From Squalus acanthias (lineage: Eukaryota): 64,000 nucleotides of DNA. Location of the stretch: the NCBI GenBank assembly GCA_030390025.1, contig CM059432.1:47432001-47496000 (forward strand). Reading direction: 5' to 3'. A program made the translations under genes and the position numbers. A model generated the notes under the pieces. It saw only the letters and a list, made by a program, of their open reading frames with translations, did no database searches and was not told the origin of the DNA. Shown here in pieces: positions 1 to 13,689 of this stretch; positions within the stretch are counted from its first letter, which is position 1, and every line of letters starts with the position of its first letter.

Positions 1-1572
1 TATACCACAGCAATCGCTGCACTGAAAGATAATGGATTGGCTTATTGACCGCAAAAGCAAAAGGCAATTAAAAAAAAATGAAATCTACTTAATATTGTTT
101 TACTTATAATTGTCCTAAACCATAAATCGATACTTGTTCAGAGGGTCTCTCGAGCTTTATATTTATTTACAACAAATATATGCCATAACGGCAGTTATTT
201 ATTCAGTTGACTCAATCCTACACTTGAAAATTGATGGCAAAACTTTCCCATTAAATGATCTTAACTTCCTATTAAAATACCACTTTAAAATCCTATCTAT
301 ACAACAAATATGGCCCAAATTTAGTTTTTATCATATAATTTAAAGGCAAAGGAAAGGAAATTGCAATAGGTACAGCAACGTATAAAAAAAATTCTACCTG
401 GCACAGTTCAATTCACAGAATGAATGCTTACTGAGGTAAACTTCAACAAAAAGCACTTTTTGCCAGAGCATCGTGTGGCATGCCCATTAGTTAGACTTGT
501 TCGTGTTTATTTAGGTTTTTACATTTTTTGCCCACATAGTTGCTGGATGTGCAAGCTTATAACAGCGCAGCGAGGGCAACAGGGCATCTAGGACCTTGGT
601 GAACAACGGGACAAACAGTGTATCTACCTAACTAATGAGATTTAAGGATTGAGAAATAAACAGAGGAAAGACTGAGAAGGAGGGGGAATTAGAGAGGGTG
701 AATTCAATGTCAAATCAGGTACAAAAAGAGAAATAAAAATAAAGAGGGGGAAAGAAAGATTAGATTGAGAGAGAAAACAAGAGAATGAAAGGAAAAGTAA
801 GAAAAAATTACAATTACCACGTTAAAAGGGTACTTACTTACGCTGTTAATTACTCGACTGAACTTTGTGGCAAGATCAATGGGCAATTAATGCACAAATG
901 CATCAATTTCATGAAAATCACGGGGAGGTTAAGCGGGAGATGCCGTTTTTGCAAAGCTAACAGCGGAGTGGCACAAATGGGCCAGTAACTTGTGGCGATT
1001 CGCAATTCATGGGGTATCTCTTCCTCGCTACAAGTTGCTGGCCAATTTGCACATTAATAATGGCGTGCGTTGTTCGGACGCTGTTATTTTTTCAAACAAA
1101 ATCTGGCCAATTGTCAAGCACGGTTAAATGTACATTTTAAAAATGGCAATATGACACTCTTCTCAAATGGCAGCATGTACACTTTTCCAGGGTTGCAACT
1201 AGTAAATTCCTTAAGAAAAACAAAACTCATAAAAATTCCAATACTGGCAATAACACTGTCCCACCCACGCAGTCACAGAATATAGGAATCACAAGCCCTA
1301 TTTGTGGGAGAGAATGCGGTGCCTGGAACTGCATGCACAGTTAGGCATTAGCACATCAACCAATGGCTAGTTAGAAAACCCGACGCTGTTGCCTTTCCCT
1401 CAGAAGGATCAAATTTCATGCCAAGCTGAAAACTATAAAAACCTGCTCTTGTAACTAAACAATCAGGTCAGTGAGCATTAGTAAACATTTTCCCATCTTT
1501 TTAAAATAATGAGAACTGATCTTTTGAACATATGTGCAATATAATTGTCTTTATTTAGGCATACATGAATAC

Positions 1573-1662
1573 CTTGACTGGCCTCTGTAAGTCACCATTA
1601 CAGAGAGAATGCAAAGGAATTTTAAATGCTTTCCAACTGGGATTCAAGTTGTTTTTGATGAC
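1573..1662 (-). CDS. CPNE3: Copine-3 coding exon 6 ([30 protein letters not shown]). Gene continues beyond the left edge.
   Basis: 90 bp, polypyrimidine-CAG acceptor and GT donor. KNNLNP.W..F...L.SLC.GD motif. Confidence 0.95.
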
Positions 1663-1949
1663 CTGAAAAGGAAAACAGGGAGGGAGATGAAAGAACAAAG
1701 TAAAAAATAAATTGGGTGTACAACCTATTCCAATCATTTTCCTCTTCCCAGTGGAGTGTGAGGCTATAATTAAGCTCATTTTTATATATTTGGTTCATGC
1801 CTATTATCTGGAAACACAGACATCTCTGGTTTTCCTTCAATACGAAGAATGCATCATTTGGGCCTGTAGCTCTGAGCTCTTCCCTTGGGCAGTAGTCAGT
1901 AGTGGAGTGCGATTTATTTTCTTCTGTTTAGTTCAAATTTTATGAGAAA

Positions 1950-3525
1950 TAACCCCAGGCTCCTTTTCTCTAGTACTAGTTGATAAATTGCCTCCTTAAA
2001 CCCCTCCACCTCTAACATCATGCAAAGGTTCATGAATTCCTTTGTCACCAGAACAGAGACCACTGGCATTGTTGCCTCTGCGTTTCCTCCCTTCCCCAAG
2101 TCCACTAAGCCAAATCCCCTCCCCTCCACCCCAGCCTAGAACCCCATCTCTCTCGCCCTAGTTTCTCCCCATCTCCTCCCGACCTTCTCCAAGCTCTGTT
2201 CATCCACGAGACCCATCTCTGGCTCCCTCGATCGAATTCCCACTAAAGCCCAAAACAGCCAATTTCTGCTCTTGACTACCATTTTAGCCGATTGAGTGTG
2301 CAAATGGCTCCCTCTCCTTGGGCACTGTTCCTCCCTACCTTGCAAAACTGCCATCATCACCCCCTCCTCAAAAACCTATTCTTGACCCATTTGTCCTTGG
2401 AAACTACTGCCCAAACTTTAACCTCCTTTTCCTTTCCAGGGCCCTTGAATGTGTTGCCACCTCCCAGATGTGCCCAACGCTCCCACAACCCCATTTGAAA
2501 TCCTCAAATCAGGTTTTCAACCCTCCCGTACCACCAAAACATCTCTGTGACCATGACTGCAGTGCATTAACCCTCCTCATCCTCTCTGCAGCCTTCCAAC
2601 ACAGTTGCTCGTTTGAACACCTCTCCTCTACGGTCAAGCTCCATGCAACGGTCCTCACTTGGTTCCTCTCTTCGCTATCCACTTGGAAGCAGAGCATTTC
2701 TAGTAATGGCTTGGCCTTCCTAGCTCCGCACCATTACCTCTGGAGTCCCTCCAATGAATCATCATTGCCCCCCTCCTCTTCCACCTTTACATGCTGTTCC
2801 TTGGCGAGATCATCTGAAGCCACGGTGTCAGCAGCCACATATATGCCGATGACACCAGCTCCAACTCTCCACCACCTATGGTATCAAACTGCTTGTATAA
2901 CATCTAGTCTTGGATAAGCCATAACTTCCTCCAGCTAAAGACTGGGAAGGCCAAAGCCATCGTCTTCGGTCCCCGCCACAAACTCCACACCCTTGCCACC
3001 AACTCTATTTCCTTCTGCAGTCACTGTCTCAGGCTGACCACCCATCCTTCAACTTCTGAACTTTAGAAAATCCAAAATTCTGGTGTCTGTATCTTATCCC
3101 ACACCAAATCACATGCATCTATCACACTCGTCCACACTGGCTCCCAATCCTCCAACACCTCAAACTTAAAATTCTCATCCTTGTGTTTAAATCCCTTCAT
3201 GGCCTCTCCTTCCATACCTCTGTAACCTCCTCCAGCCCTGCGAATCTGTTTCTCTGACTCTGGCCTCGTCAACTTTCCCCCTAGTATCCCACAATTGGCA
3301 GCCGTGCCTTCAACTGCATAGATCCCACTCTCTGGAATTCCCTCCCTAAGCTACTCTGCCTCTCCACCTCATTTTCCTCCTTTAAGACTCCCCTTAAAAC
3401 CCACCTCTTCTGACCAAGATCCTCTATTAATTTCGATCTTTTGGCTCAGAGTCTGTTTTCCTTATGCCTCTTTGAAGCAGCTTTTTCTCTATTAAAGGCA
3501 CTATATAAATGCATGTTGTTGTTGA
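1950..3525 (+). mobile_element. Degenerate L2-clade LINE fragment
   Basis: Degenerate RT remnants and L2-type 3' end (ctctggaattccctccctaa...ctatataaatgca..ttgttgttg). Confidence 0.75.
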
Positions 3526-3665
3526 TAACCTTATAACATAAATAGTAAAAGCACCACTGTGTTTAAAAGGCCTAAGTAAGCAGCTAGATTACACAAGAAG
3601 GACTAAAGTAAAATGATCAGTATATTAATATTTGATGAAAGCAAATTGCTAGCATTTATCTCTTA

Positions 3666-3851
<186 letters not shown>

Positions 3852-3919
3852 TTATTATTGATGCATGACACCGAAAATAATGAAGCTCCAAAGTGTAGGA
3901 TTATGGAATGGTAGGAAGT

Positions 3920-4355
3920 GGTATGATAGTGCAACGGCTATGTTACTAGGTTAGTAATGCAGTAATCCAGAGACCGTAAATTCAAATCCCACCAGTTTGA
4001 GAATTTTAATTTTTTTTTCAATATCTGGAAATAAAAAGCTGGTATCAGTAAAAGTGACCATGAAGCTGTCGGATTGTCGTAAAAACCCAACTGGATGTCC
4101 TTAAGGGCAGGAAACCTGCCACCCTGACCCGGTCGGGCCTATGTGTGACTCCAGTCCTACTTACATCAATGTGGTTGACTCTTAACTGCCCTCTGAAGTG
4201 GCCTAGAAAGCCACTCAATTGTATCAAACTGCTACAATTTTACCACATGGAATGCAGTGGTTCAAGAAGGCCCACCATTACCTTCTCAGGGCAACTAGGG
4301 ATAGACAATAAATCCCGACTAGGCCAGCGACGCCCAAATCCCAAGAATGAATTTT
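3920..4355 (+). mobile_element. tRNA-derived SINE with LINE-derived tail (related partial copy at ~55490-55665)
   Basis: B-box-like ttcaaatccc, body shared with 55490-55665, tail agggcaactaggga..caataaat shared with many local repeats. Confidence 0.65.
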
Positions 4356-4588
4356 TAAAAGTGGGCAAATTTCAGCAAGGCCACCATAAAGTAGCCACCA
4401 ATAAGACCAGAAATGCAAAAAAAAAGAGGATAAGTCATTGCCAAGTTGTTCTCAAACTGCTCCTAGCAGTTTGTGCAGCATCACATAGGTGGATGACTGC
4501 TCCCTCAGTTGGCTGCATGGTAGAGAGAGACACCTGGGGGTGGGGGCAGGAAGAGATTAGTTTTTTTTAAAAAAAAGTTTAACAATAC

Positions 4589-4660
4589 CTTATTATCCAG
4601 ATTCCGTGCTTGAACTTGAAAGTTTACTATTCGGTTATCTGTTACTTCTTCTGCCAAAAT
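4589..4660 (-). CDS. CPNE3: Copine-3 coding exon 4 (ILAEEVTDNRIVNFQVQARNLDNK)
   Basis: 72 bp, TAG/GT boundaries. Matches CPNE3 I.AEE..DNR.V.F...AR.LDNK. Confidence 0.93.
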
Positions 4661-5456
4661 CTAACAGCCAAGAAAAAAAAATGTTTTTTTTTTATAAAAG
4701 TAAGGTGGTCCAGGAAAACACACTCCCATGGTCAGCTAGTTTTGGAAAGGTCTATGATGCTTGAAGGATTTATACTTTGCATACGTTAATCTTAATTTCG
4801 ATAGCCTTGCCTCATAGGATTCAAATACCTTCACAAATAATTGAGCATTGTGTCTATTTTCTTCCTTGTTATTATGTCTACTGACAGAACTCCATTTGAT
4901 GCATACTGTTTTACTTGCTGCTAATTCAAGTAAAAACCAAGATGCCACAATACCATTATTTGAATAAACTTTAGAGACAGCTCATCTTAAAAACTACAAA
5001 AATAGTGTCACTTAACCTATGACGTGCAGCATGTTGGGCAAGAACAAATTTTGCCCGCAATATCCTAGAACATAATGCTGGAATTAATCAACCCCAGGTG
5101 GTTTACTGTTTACTAGATTTCTAATTTTCAAAACAGCACTAAGGATTTTACACCCCAATAGTGCTGTTGCCCTAAGCAATAGTGCTGTATGCCAAACAGA
5201 CTTGTGCTTGTATGCTCGCAATGCAATCAGTTAAAAAAAAAAACCTTAATGTATCTGAACCTTTTAGGCAAACACACCTACTGAAAATATTGTTTGAACC
5301 ACTAAAAATATTTCTCATTTTTCAAGTAGCTACATATCAAAAGTTACCTAAAAAACATTAGATACCACGAAACCTTATCCAACTTTAACATTTCAATGTG
5401 TCAATTCACATCCCACTCAGATTGTACAGAATTCCTAAAGCAGTTTAGGTCTTTAC

Positions 5457-5531
5457 CGAGATTATTCCTTTTCCTGCCAGCTTCTCATTTTTCAGCAGGA
5501 GAGGTCTCATCAGTTTCTTGCTAGAGACGAT
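5457..5531 (-). CDS. CPNE3: Copine-3 coding exon 3 (IVSSKKLMRPLLLKNEKLAGKGIIS)
   Basis: 75 bp, CAG/GTAAAG boundaries. Matches CPNE3 IVSSKKLTRPL...AGKG.I. Confidence 0.93.
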
Positions 5532-6092
5532 CTGTCAAAATAATTGAACCACAATCAGCTTGATGATATGCTGTGATTGCTCCTGATACAACTATTAACA
5601 CACTGGCCAGGAAGATTTCACAATAGCAACTTAAAGTTTAAAATGATGTTAAACCAGTTAACCCACTGTGGTACGAAAGGAAAGGCAGGCAGCACAACAC
5701 ATTAGTACTGTACTCCACATCAGTTCACACCAATGATTCCCCCATCATAAAATCGAGATTGGCCATGCCACCAGGCAAGATCAAGAACTTCTCTTTAGGA
5801 AGGGGTCAAATAAAAACAAGCGAGTCACCAGACAAGACATGGCCCTGAAATTGAAGTTGGAGACATACCTCCGGAATACGCCTCCGACCCGCGAAACATT
5901 TCTGCACTTGCCTGCTGTCAGTCAAGCTACAGAGAGTTCCCCTCTCGATCTTCCATGCGTATGGCAGCGGAAAGGCCCAAGGATCCCAGGGACGCAGGTG
6001 GTTCGGAAGCGTCCCTGGGATCACATGGGCCCGATCCTCCAATGAGAAAGGAGGATTCCATTGCAGTCATTTAGGAACGGAATCCCCTAATG

Positions 6093-8027
6093 ACATAGAA
6101 TCATAGAAGATAGGAGCAGGAGTAGGCCATTCGGCCCCTCTAGCCTGCTCCGCCATTCAATGCGATCATGGCTGATCATCCAAATTCAGTACCCTGTCCC
6201 TGCTTTCTCCCCATATCCCTTGATCCCTTTAGCCTTAAGAAATATATCCAACTTCTTCTTGAATCTATTTAATGAATTGGCCTCTACTGCCTTCTGTGGC
6301 AGAGAATTCCACAGGTTCACCACTCTCTCTCTGGGTGAAGAAATTCCTCCTCATTTGTGTCCTAAATGGCTTACCCCTTATCCTTAGACTGTGACCCCTG
6401 GTTCTGGAATCCCCGACCATCGAGAACATCCTTCCTGCATCTAGTTTGTCCTGTCCTGTCAGAATTTTATAAGTTTCAATGAGATCCCCTCTCATTCTTC
6501 TAAACTCCAGCGAGTAGAAGCCTAATCGACCCAATCTCTCTTCATAAGTCATTCCTGCCATCCCAGGTATCAGCCTTGTGAATCTTCGCTGAACTCCTTC
6601 CATGGCAAGAACATCCTTCCTCAGATAAGGCGACCAAAACTGCACACAGTACTCAAGGTGTGGTCTCACCAAGGCCCTGTACAACTGCAGCAAGACATCC
6701 TTGTTCCTGTACTCAAACCCTCTCGCTATGAAGGCCAACATACCATTTGCCTTCTTAACCGCCTGCTGCACCTGCATGCTTACCTTCAACGACTGGTGCA
6801 CAAGGACACCCAGGTCTCGTTGCACTTCCCCTTCTCCCAATCTATTGCCATTCAGATAATAATCTGCCTTTCTGTTTTTGACACCAAAGTGGATAACCTT
6901 GCATTTATCCACGTTATATTGCATCTGCCACGCTTCTGCCCAATCACCCAACCTGTCCAAATCATCCTGGAGTTTCTCGGCATCCTCCTCACAGCACACA
7001 CGCCCACCCAGTTTTGTGTCGTCTGCAAACTTGGAGATATTACATCTAATTCCCTTGTCTAGATCATTAATATATATTGTGAATAGCTGGGGTCCAAAGA
7101 CCGATCCCTGTGGTACCCCACTAGTCACTGCCTGCCACTCAGAAAAAGACTCGTTTATTCCAACTCTTTGCTTTGTCTGCCAACCAGTTCTCTATCCAAG
7201 TCAATACCTTGCCCCCAATCCCATGTGCCTTAACTTTACACGCTAATCTCTTATGCGGGACCTTATCAAAAGCCTTTTGGAAGTCCAAATACACCACATC
7301 CACTGGTTCTCCCTTATCTATTTTACCAGTTACATCCTCAAAAAATTACAGTAGATTAGTCAAACATGATTTACCTTTTGTAAATCCATGTTGACTTTGT
7401 CCGATCCCGTCACTGTTTTCCAAGTGCTCTGCTATTACATCTTTTATAATGGACTCTAGCATTTTCCCCCACTACCGATGTCAGGCTTACCGGTCTGTAA
7501 TTCCCCATTTTCTCTCTACCACCCTTTTTGAATAGTGGGGTAACATTAGCTACCCTCCAATCCATGGGTACTGTTCCAGATTCCATTGAATGTTGGAAGA
7601 TGATCAGCAATGCATCTACTATTTCTAGGGCCACTTCCTTAAGTACCCTAGGATGTAGATTATCAGGCCCTGGGGATTTATCGGCCTTCAATCCCTTCAA
7701 TTTCCCTAACACCATTTCCCTACAAATACTGATTTCTTTCAGTTCCTCCCTTTCATCAGATCCTATCTTCCCCAACATCTCTGGGAGGTTATTTGTGTCC
7801 TCCTTTGTGAAGACAGAACCAAAATATGTATTTAATTGGTCTGCCATTTCTTAGTTCCCCATTATAAGTTCCCCTGATTCTGACTGCAAGGGACCTATGC
7901 TTGATTTCACTAATCTTTTTCTCTTCACATATCTATAAAAGCTTTTACAGTCAGTTTTTATGTTCCCTGCAAGCTTACTCTCATATTCTATTTTCCCCTT
8001 CTTAATTAATCCCTTTGTCCTCCTTTG
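6093..8027 (-). mobile_element. CR1 LINE, 5'-truncated ORF2 plus 3'UTR
   Basis: GVPQGSVFGP, FADD, LVRPHLEYC motifs and microsatellite-like tail. Confidence 0.93.
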
Positions 8028-8345
8028 TAGCCTGAGGCTTCCCTCCTCGCTATTTACCACTCCACCAATTTTCATGTCATCTGCAAACTTACTGATCATA
8101 CCTCCTACATTCATATCTAAATCATTAATGTACATTACAAACAGCAAAGGACCCAGCACCGATCCCTGCGGTACACCACTAGACACAGGCTTCCAGTCAC
8201 AAAAACAACCTTCAACCATCACCCTCTGCCTCCTGCCACTAAGCCAATTTTGGATCCAATGTGCCAAATTGCCTTGGATCCCATGGGCTCTTACCTTCTT
8301 GGCCAGTCTCCCATGTGGGACTTTGTCAAAAGCCTTACTGAAGTC
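8028..8345 (-). mobile_element. Second CR1 RT fragment (different subfamily)
   Basis: DFSKAFDKVPH...GVPQGSVLGPLLF...FADD. Confidence 0.85.
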
Positions 8346-8371
8346 CCACATGGGAGACTGGTCAAGAAGGT

Positions 8372-9557
8372 TGATTTGTCTTGGATGGTGTCGAGCTTCT
8401 CGAGTGTAGTTGGAGCTGCACTCATCCAGGCAAGTGGAGAGTATTCCATCACACTCCTTACTTGTGCCTTGTAGATGGTGGAAAGGCATTGGAAAATCAG
8501 GAGGTGAGACACTCGCTGCAGAATACCTAGCCTCTGACTTGCTCTTGTTGCCACAGTATTTATGTGGCTGGTCCAGTTAAGTTTCTGGTCAATGGTGACC
8601 CCCAGGATGTTGATGGTGGGGGATTCGGCGATGGTAATGCCATTGAATGTCAAGGGGCGGTGGTTAGAATCTCGCTTGTTGGAGATAGTCATTGTCTGCC
8701 ACTTGTGTGGCTCAAATGTTACCTGCCACTTCTCAGCCCAAGCCTGAACGTCGTCCAGGTCTTGTTGCATGCGGGCATGAACTGCTTCATTATCTGAGGA
8801 GTTGTGAATGGCACTGAACACTGTGCCATCATCAGCAAACATCCCCATTTCTGACCTTATGTTGGAGGGAAGGTCATTGATGAAGCAGCTGACGATGGTT
8901 GGGCCTAGGACACTGCCCTGAGGAATTCCTGCAGCGATGTCCTGGGGCTGTGATGATTGACTTCCAACCACCACAACCATCTTCCCTTGTGCCAGGTATG
9001 ACTCCAGCCAGTGGAGAGTTCCCCCCCCCCCCCCGATTCCCATTGACTTCATTTTTACTTGTGATGCCACACTTGGTCAAATGCTGCCTTGATGTCAAGG
9101 GCAGTCACTCTCACCTCACCTTGGGAATTCAGCTTCTTTGTCCATGTTTGGACCAAGGTCGGGAGCAGAGTGGTCTTGACGGAACCCAAACTAGGCATCA
9201 GTGAGCAGGTTATCGGTGAGTAAGTGCCGCTTGATAGCACTGTCAATGACACCTTCCATCACTTTGCTGATGATTGAGAGTAGACTGATGGGGCGGTAAT
9301 TGGCCAGATTGGGTTTGTCCTGCTTTTTGTGGACAGGACATACCTGGGCAGTTTTCCACATTGTCGGATAGATGCCAGTGTCATAGCTTTACTGGAACAG
9401 CTTGGCTAGAGGCGCGGCTAGTTCTGGAGCACAAGTCTTCAACACGACAGTCAGGATGTTGTCAGGGCCCATAGCCTTTGCTGTATCCAGTGCACTTAGC
9501 CGTTTCTTGATATCACGTGGAGTAAATCAAATTGGCTGAAGACTGGCTTCTGTGATG
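8372..9557 (-). mobile_element. Non-LTR retrotransposon RT fragment of a distinct CR1/L2-group family (related copies ~58110-59255, ~51720-52105)
   Basis: ALDIKAAFDQVWH, PQGSVLGP, FADD, NILGVTIDQKLNW. Confidence 0.85.
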
Positions 9558-9759
9558 GGGGGACTCAGTTTGGTTTAACTTGGGACATAAAGGGGGAGGG
9601 CGGAAATCTGGTTGTAAGATAAACTAATATTTTTCTTTAAAAAAACTCCTGAACTTCAGCAAGAGTTCAATTTTTTTTCATAATCTATGAATGACCCAGA
9701 ACTGTAGGAAAGCTCAGAGTATTTGGGACATGGAATTATAACAAAAACATTGTATTTAC

Positions 9760-9939
9760 CTGTCCCAGGGTACATTCAAAATGTCCCAGGAAGTCGTCAT
9801 CCTTCAAGTCAATTGTTTTGTTGTCAATATCATAAATTCCAAACTTCAATTTCTGAACCTGCTCAAAGTAGTAATCCACCAGGAACTTCTTTGAGAACTT
9901 TGGGGCGAGGCAGTTTTTAACTCTTTCTGTGCGATCAAT
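9760..9939 (-). CDS. CPNE3: Copine-3 coding exon 2 ([60 protein letters not shown])
   Basis: 180 bp, phase 0/0, AG/GT boundaries. C2A copine motifs DYYFE..QKLKFG.YDID and DDDFLG. Confidence 0.95.
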
Positions 9940-10070
9940 CTACAAAATAAATAGGTCCCAAGTTAATGAAGGCAACAAGAATAAAACAAATTTCTCCAGG
10001 TACTAACCATTGATTTAAAGCTAGTTAGTTTACACAAAGTACATAACAGCAGGGTTGCTAGTAAAGTAAA

Positions 10071-10788
10071 TGGGCCAAACCTTCCTGGAAAAATAATAGG
10101 TGTTATCAACGCATGCCGTTATTAATGCACAAATTGGCCAGCAAGTTTAGGGGTGAAGACATACGCTACAAGTTGTGAACCTCCAGAACTTGCTGGTCAA
10201 TTTAAGCTGCTCCGCTGTTTGCCTCGCACAAATAGCATCTCGTCCTTACCCGCTCAGTTATTTTTTTTTTTAATTTGCTGGATTTGCCCATTAAACTCGC
10301 CACAGAAAGTTAGGACGCATAATTAATAGCGCAAGTATCCTTTTAACGAAGTGATAATTGTTAATGCAATGCCAATCAATCCCTCCAGCCCAGAAAGGGA
10401 ACAATTTAAACTGTTGAGTCTCATTCCTGCATGAGATAAGTTGTTGTTAGAGATTTGAGTCAAATTTTTGTTCTTACTTTTCCTTTCTGTCTCTTTTTTC
10501 TCTCCCTTAATGCACTACGTCTTTCCCTCTCTGTTTCTCTTTCTGTACCTGATATGACTAATTCACCCTCCTTCTCCGTCATTCCTGTTTCCTTCTCAAA
10601 TCTCATTGGTTAAGGAGATATACTGTGTCCCATTGTTCACCAAGGTCCCAGATGCCATGTTGTCTTCGACACACTGGTGTTAGCTCGCACTTCCAGCAAG
10701 TTGCAGCACAAAAAACATTGAGCTGAAGAGTGCAGGAAAAAGTCTAACTGCACACCACGAGATGGCCCGCTCCAGCGAGATTTGGCCC
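10071..10788. mobile_element. Non-autonomous TIR element (MITE-like). An inverted related copy lies at ~470-1110.
   Basis: Ends TGGGCCAAA / TTTGGCCCA. Internal sequence is reverse-complement similar to ~830-1100. Confidence 0.65.
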
Positions 10789-12397
10789 AATATATTTTTG
10801 CATCATAAACACAATACAGACACCAACTTCAATTGCAGTATTCTGTGGTCACTTTCAGATGCCCATTAACTGGAATTGCTAAATGCTGTTCATATTTAAT
10901 GGGGTTTAGCAAATTACTGGAGTCTTCATCTACAGTCCACTGCTCTTAATTCAAAGCCATTTACTTCAAATGACCGGATAACTCAATCTTTTAGCATTTG
11001 ATTTCCATTTTGTTGTGTTTGGATTGCTGGATTCAAATTAAGAGCAAAAGAAAACAACTTATAATTATCAGGATTACTGTAGGTGCCACCGGCTAGCAGC
11101 TATACTAGAAAATAGAACAGAAATAGCTTCTGATGTGGGCTAGTAAAGTTGCGAATTCTCAATTATCACATCTGCTAGATGTACTATACTACTTGACTGC
11201 TATATTAGTCCCTTGAAACATGTTCAATGTATTACATACTTCAATGGGAAACAGACTATAAACGCACTCCATCAAATGCTGTGGAGCTGGTTTTATCTGC
11301 AATCTGAACAGCACTGCGGTAGAGTCAAACATGTGCTTTGAAGAAAGAAGAATCTGGATGGCTAGAATTGGTGAATCAGAGATGAAGCAAAGCAGGTGGA
11401 GACAGATAAGCATGGTCCTGAAAACACGGTGGATTGGTTCATTGGAAGTCAGATAAACCGAAAAATAATTTAACTGTGAATGCAATTCAATTCAATGCCT
11501 TTAAGGCGAAGCTAGATAAGTACGTAAGGGAGAAAAGATCAGAAGGATATGCTGATAGGGTTAGATGAAGTAGGGTGGGAGGAGGCTGGTGTGGAACATA
11601 AAAACCGGCATAGACCAGTTGAGCCGAATGGCCTGTTCCTGTGCTGTAAATTATATGCGATTCCATGTAATTCATTCAAACCAAATTCTGATGTCCAGAT
11701 TTTCTGAATAGTTCAGTTCTTCAACACCAATACTCAACTATTCAGAAACCCATTTGGCTTCAACCACTGTAAGCACAATTTTAAAGTTCCATATTCATTG
11801 TAAGCTGTGGAGCAGTTTATAGTAAATTTAGTCTTGTCCCAATGTAAAAAGGGTAGTCTCAGTAATGAGGAAAAAACATGCTGGGTCAGAGACTTCTTTT
11901 ATTTTCAATATATATTCATTTTCTTAAAAAACAGCAGAATTGAAATGAATCATCAGAGAAACTGGTTTGAAAGAGGTATTCAGCTCTTAGGTGTTAAGGA
12001 ACTACATTTTCAAGAAATCAAGTTATCAAGCCTGGGTTCAATTATCTGAATACTTTTATCTATTTTAATACTTTTATATAATTCAGTTCCAGTATAAAGC
12101 ACATTGGTTTGTCTTAGCCAGTGTTAGCAGAAAGGACAAAAAAGTGCACTATCCAGTCTGTGTTGCGTTATTTTATCTTGTCGGAGAAGCAGAAGGCCAC
12201 TACAATCAGATTCATTCTAACCAGTAACCCCTGCTGGAAAGTAATGCCAGAACAGGTGACAATATGATCAAGCTCAGCTGTGATGCCTCAGCCCCATCCA
12301 TTTTTCAAATATCCCGGTAACATTCATGGTCTAGATTTAGAGATTGGCTACTTGGGCGAGGTACCAAGGCCAGCCAGCGTTTTTGGAATAATTATCC

Positions 12398-12830
12398 AGG
12401 AAAGATTGAAGAGGCTGGGGTTGTTTTCGTTGGAACAGAGGATGCGGAAGGGAGACTTAATTGAGGTGTATAAAATTATGAGGGGCCTAGATAGAGTGGA
12501 TAGGAAGGACCTATTTCCCTTAGCAGAAGGGTCAATAACCAGGGGGCATAGATTTAAAGTAATTGGTAGAAGGATTAATGGGGAGTTGAGATCTTTTTTC
12601 ACTCAAAGAGTGGTGGGGGTCTGGAACTCTCTTCCTGAGAGGGTGGTAGAGGCAGAAACCCTCATCGTATTTAAAAAAGTACATGGATATGCACTTGACG
12701 TGTCATAACCTGCAAGGCTATAGACCAAGAGCTGGAAAGCGAGGTTAGACTGGATAGCTCTTTTTCAGCTGACTCAGACATGATGGGCCGAATGGCCGCC
12801 TTCTGTGCTGTAAATTTCTATGATTCTATG
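12398..12830 (+). mobile_element. CR1 3' fragment
   Basis: ERLKRLGLFSLE...FFTQRVVGVWNSLP plus tail. Confidence 0.85.
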
Positions 12831-13243
12831 AGTCAACAGTTTCAGGTGACTAGGACAGGATACTGGATGGAGGGGGAGGGAGGGGTTAAGGAGAATGTTA
12901 AAGTTCATAATTGTTTTTACCCAACCTTCCAAAAGCAGGCAGTCATGGGATCCAATGAAAACAAGATATAGAGCAGGAATTCTTCTCATCACTATTCTCT
13001 TTTAGAATACATTTACAATTTTACAACAAAAAGCAAACATTGAAAATCTTCCCACATACAGAAGGAGAAAACTGAAAATAGGTTGAGGAAAGATAAGAAG
13101 ACACCTAAAAGCTAATAGTAGCAAGTATTGATTAAACCAGATGATAGCATCTTGAACTGGATTTGTAATATTGAAAATAGACAGCTGTTTCATGAAAAAA
13201 AATTCCATCTACTGATGGAGCTCCTGAATAAAAACCATTATCA

Positions 13244-13453
<210 letters not shown>

Positions 13454-13689
13454 TTAAGTAAACTGTCAACTTTGAAGTCAAGAGTTAATGTGCATAAAAT
13501 TAAATATTTATACAAAGTAACATTTGCTTTTACAGCTCCCTCCCCCCACTTCTTTTCGATTTCCCTACACCAACATTATTACCAAGGCAGGAATGTGAGC
13601 AGCTCACCTGCTCACAACATTCCATCGGTGTGCAAGAGTCACTGATTTCCCTATTTACAGGAAGCCAGATGGCATTTCAACCCATTTAA

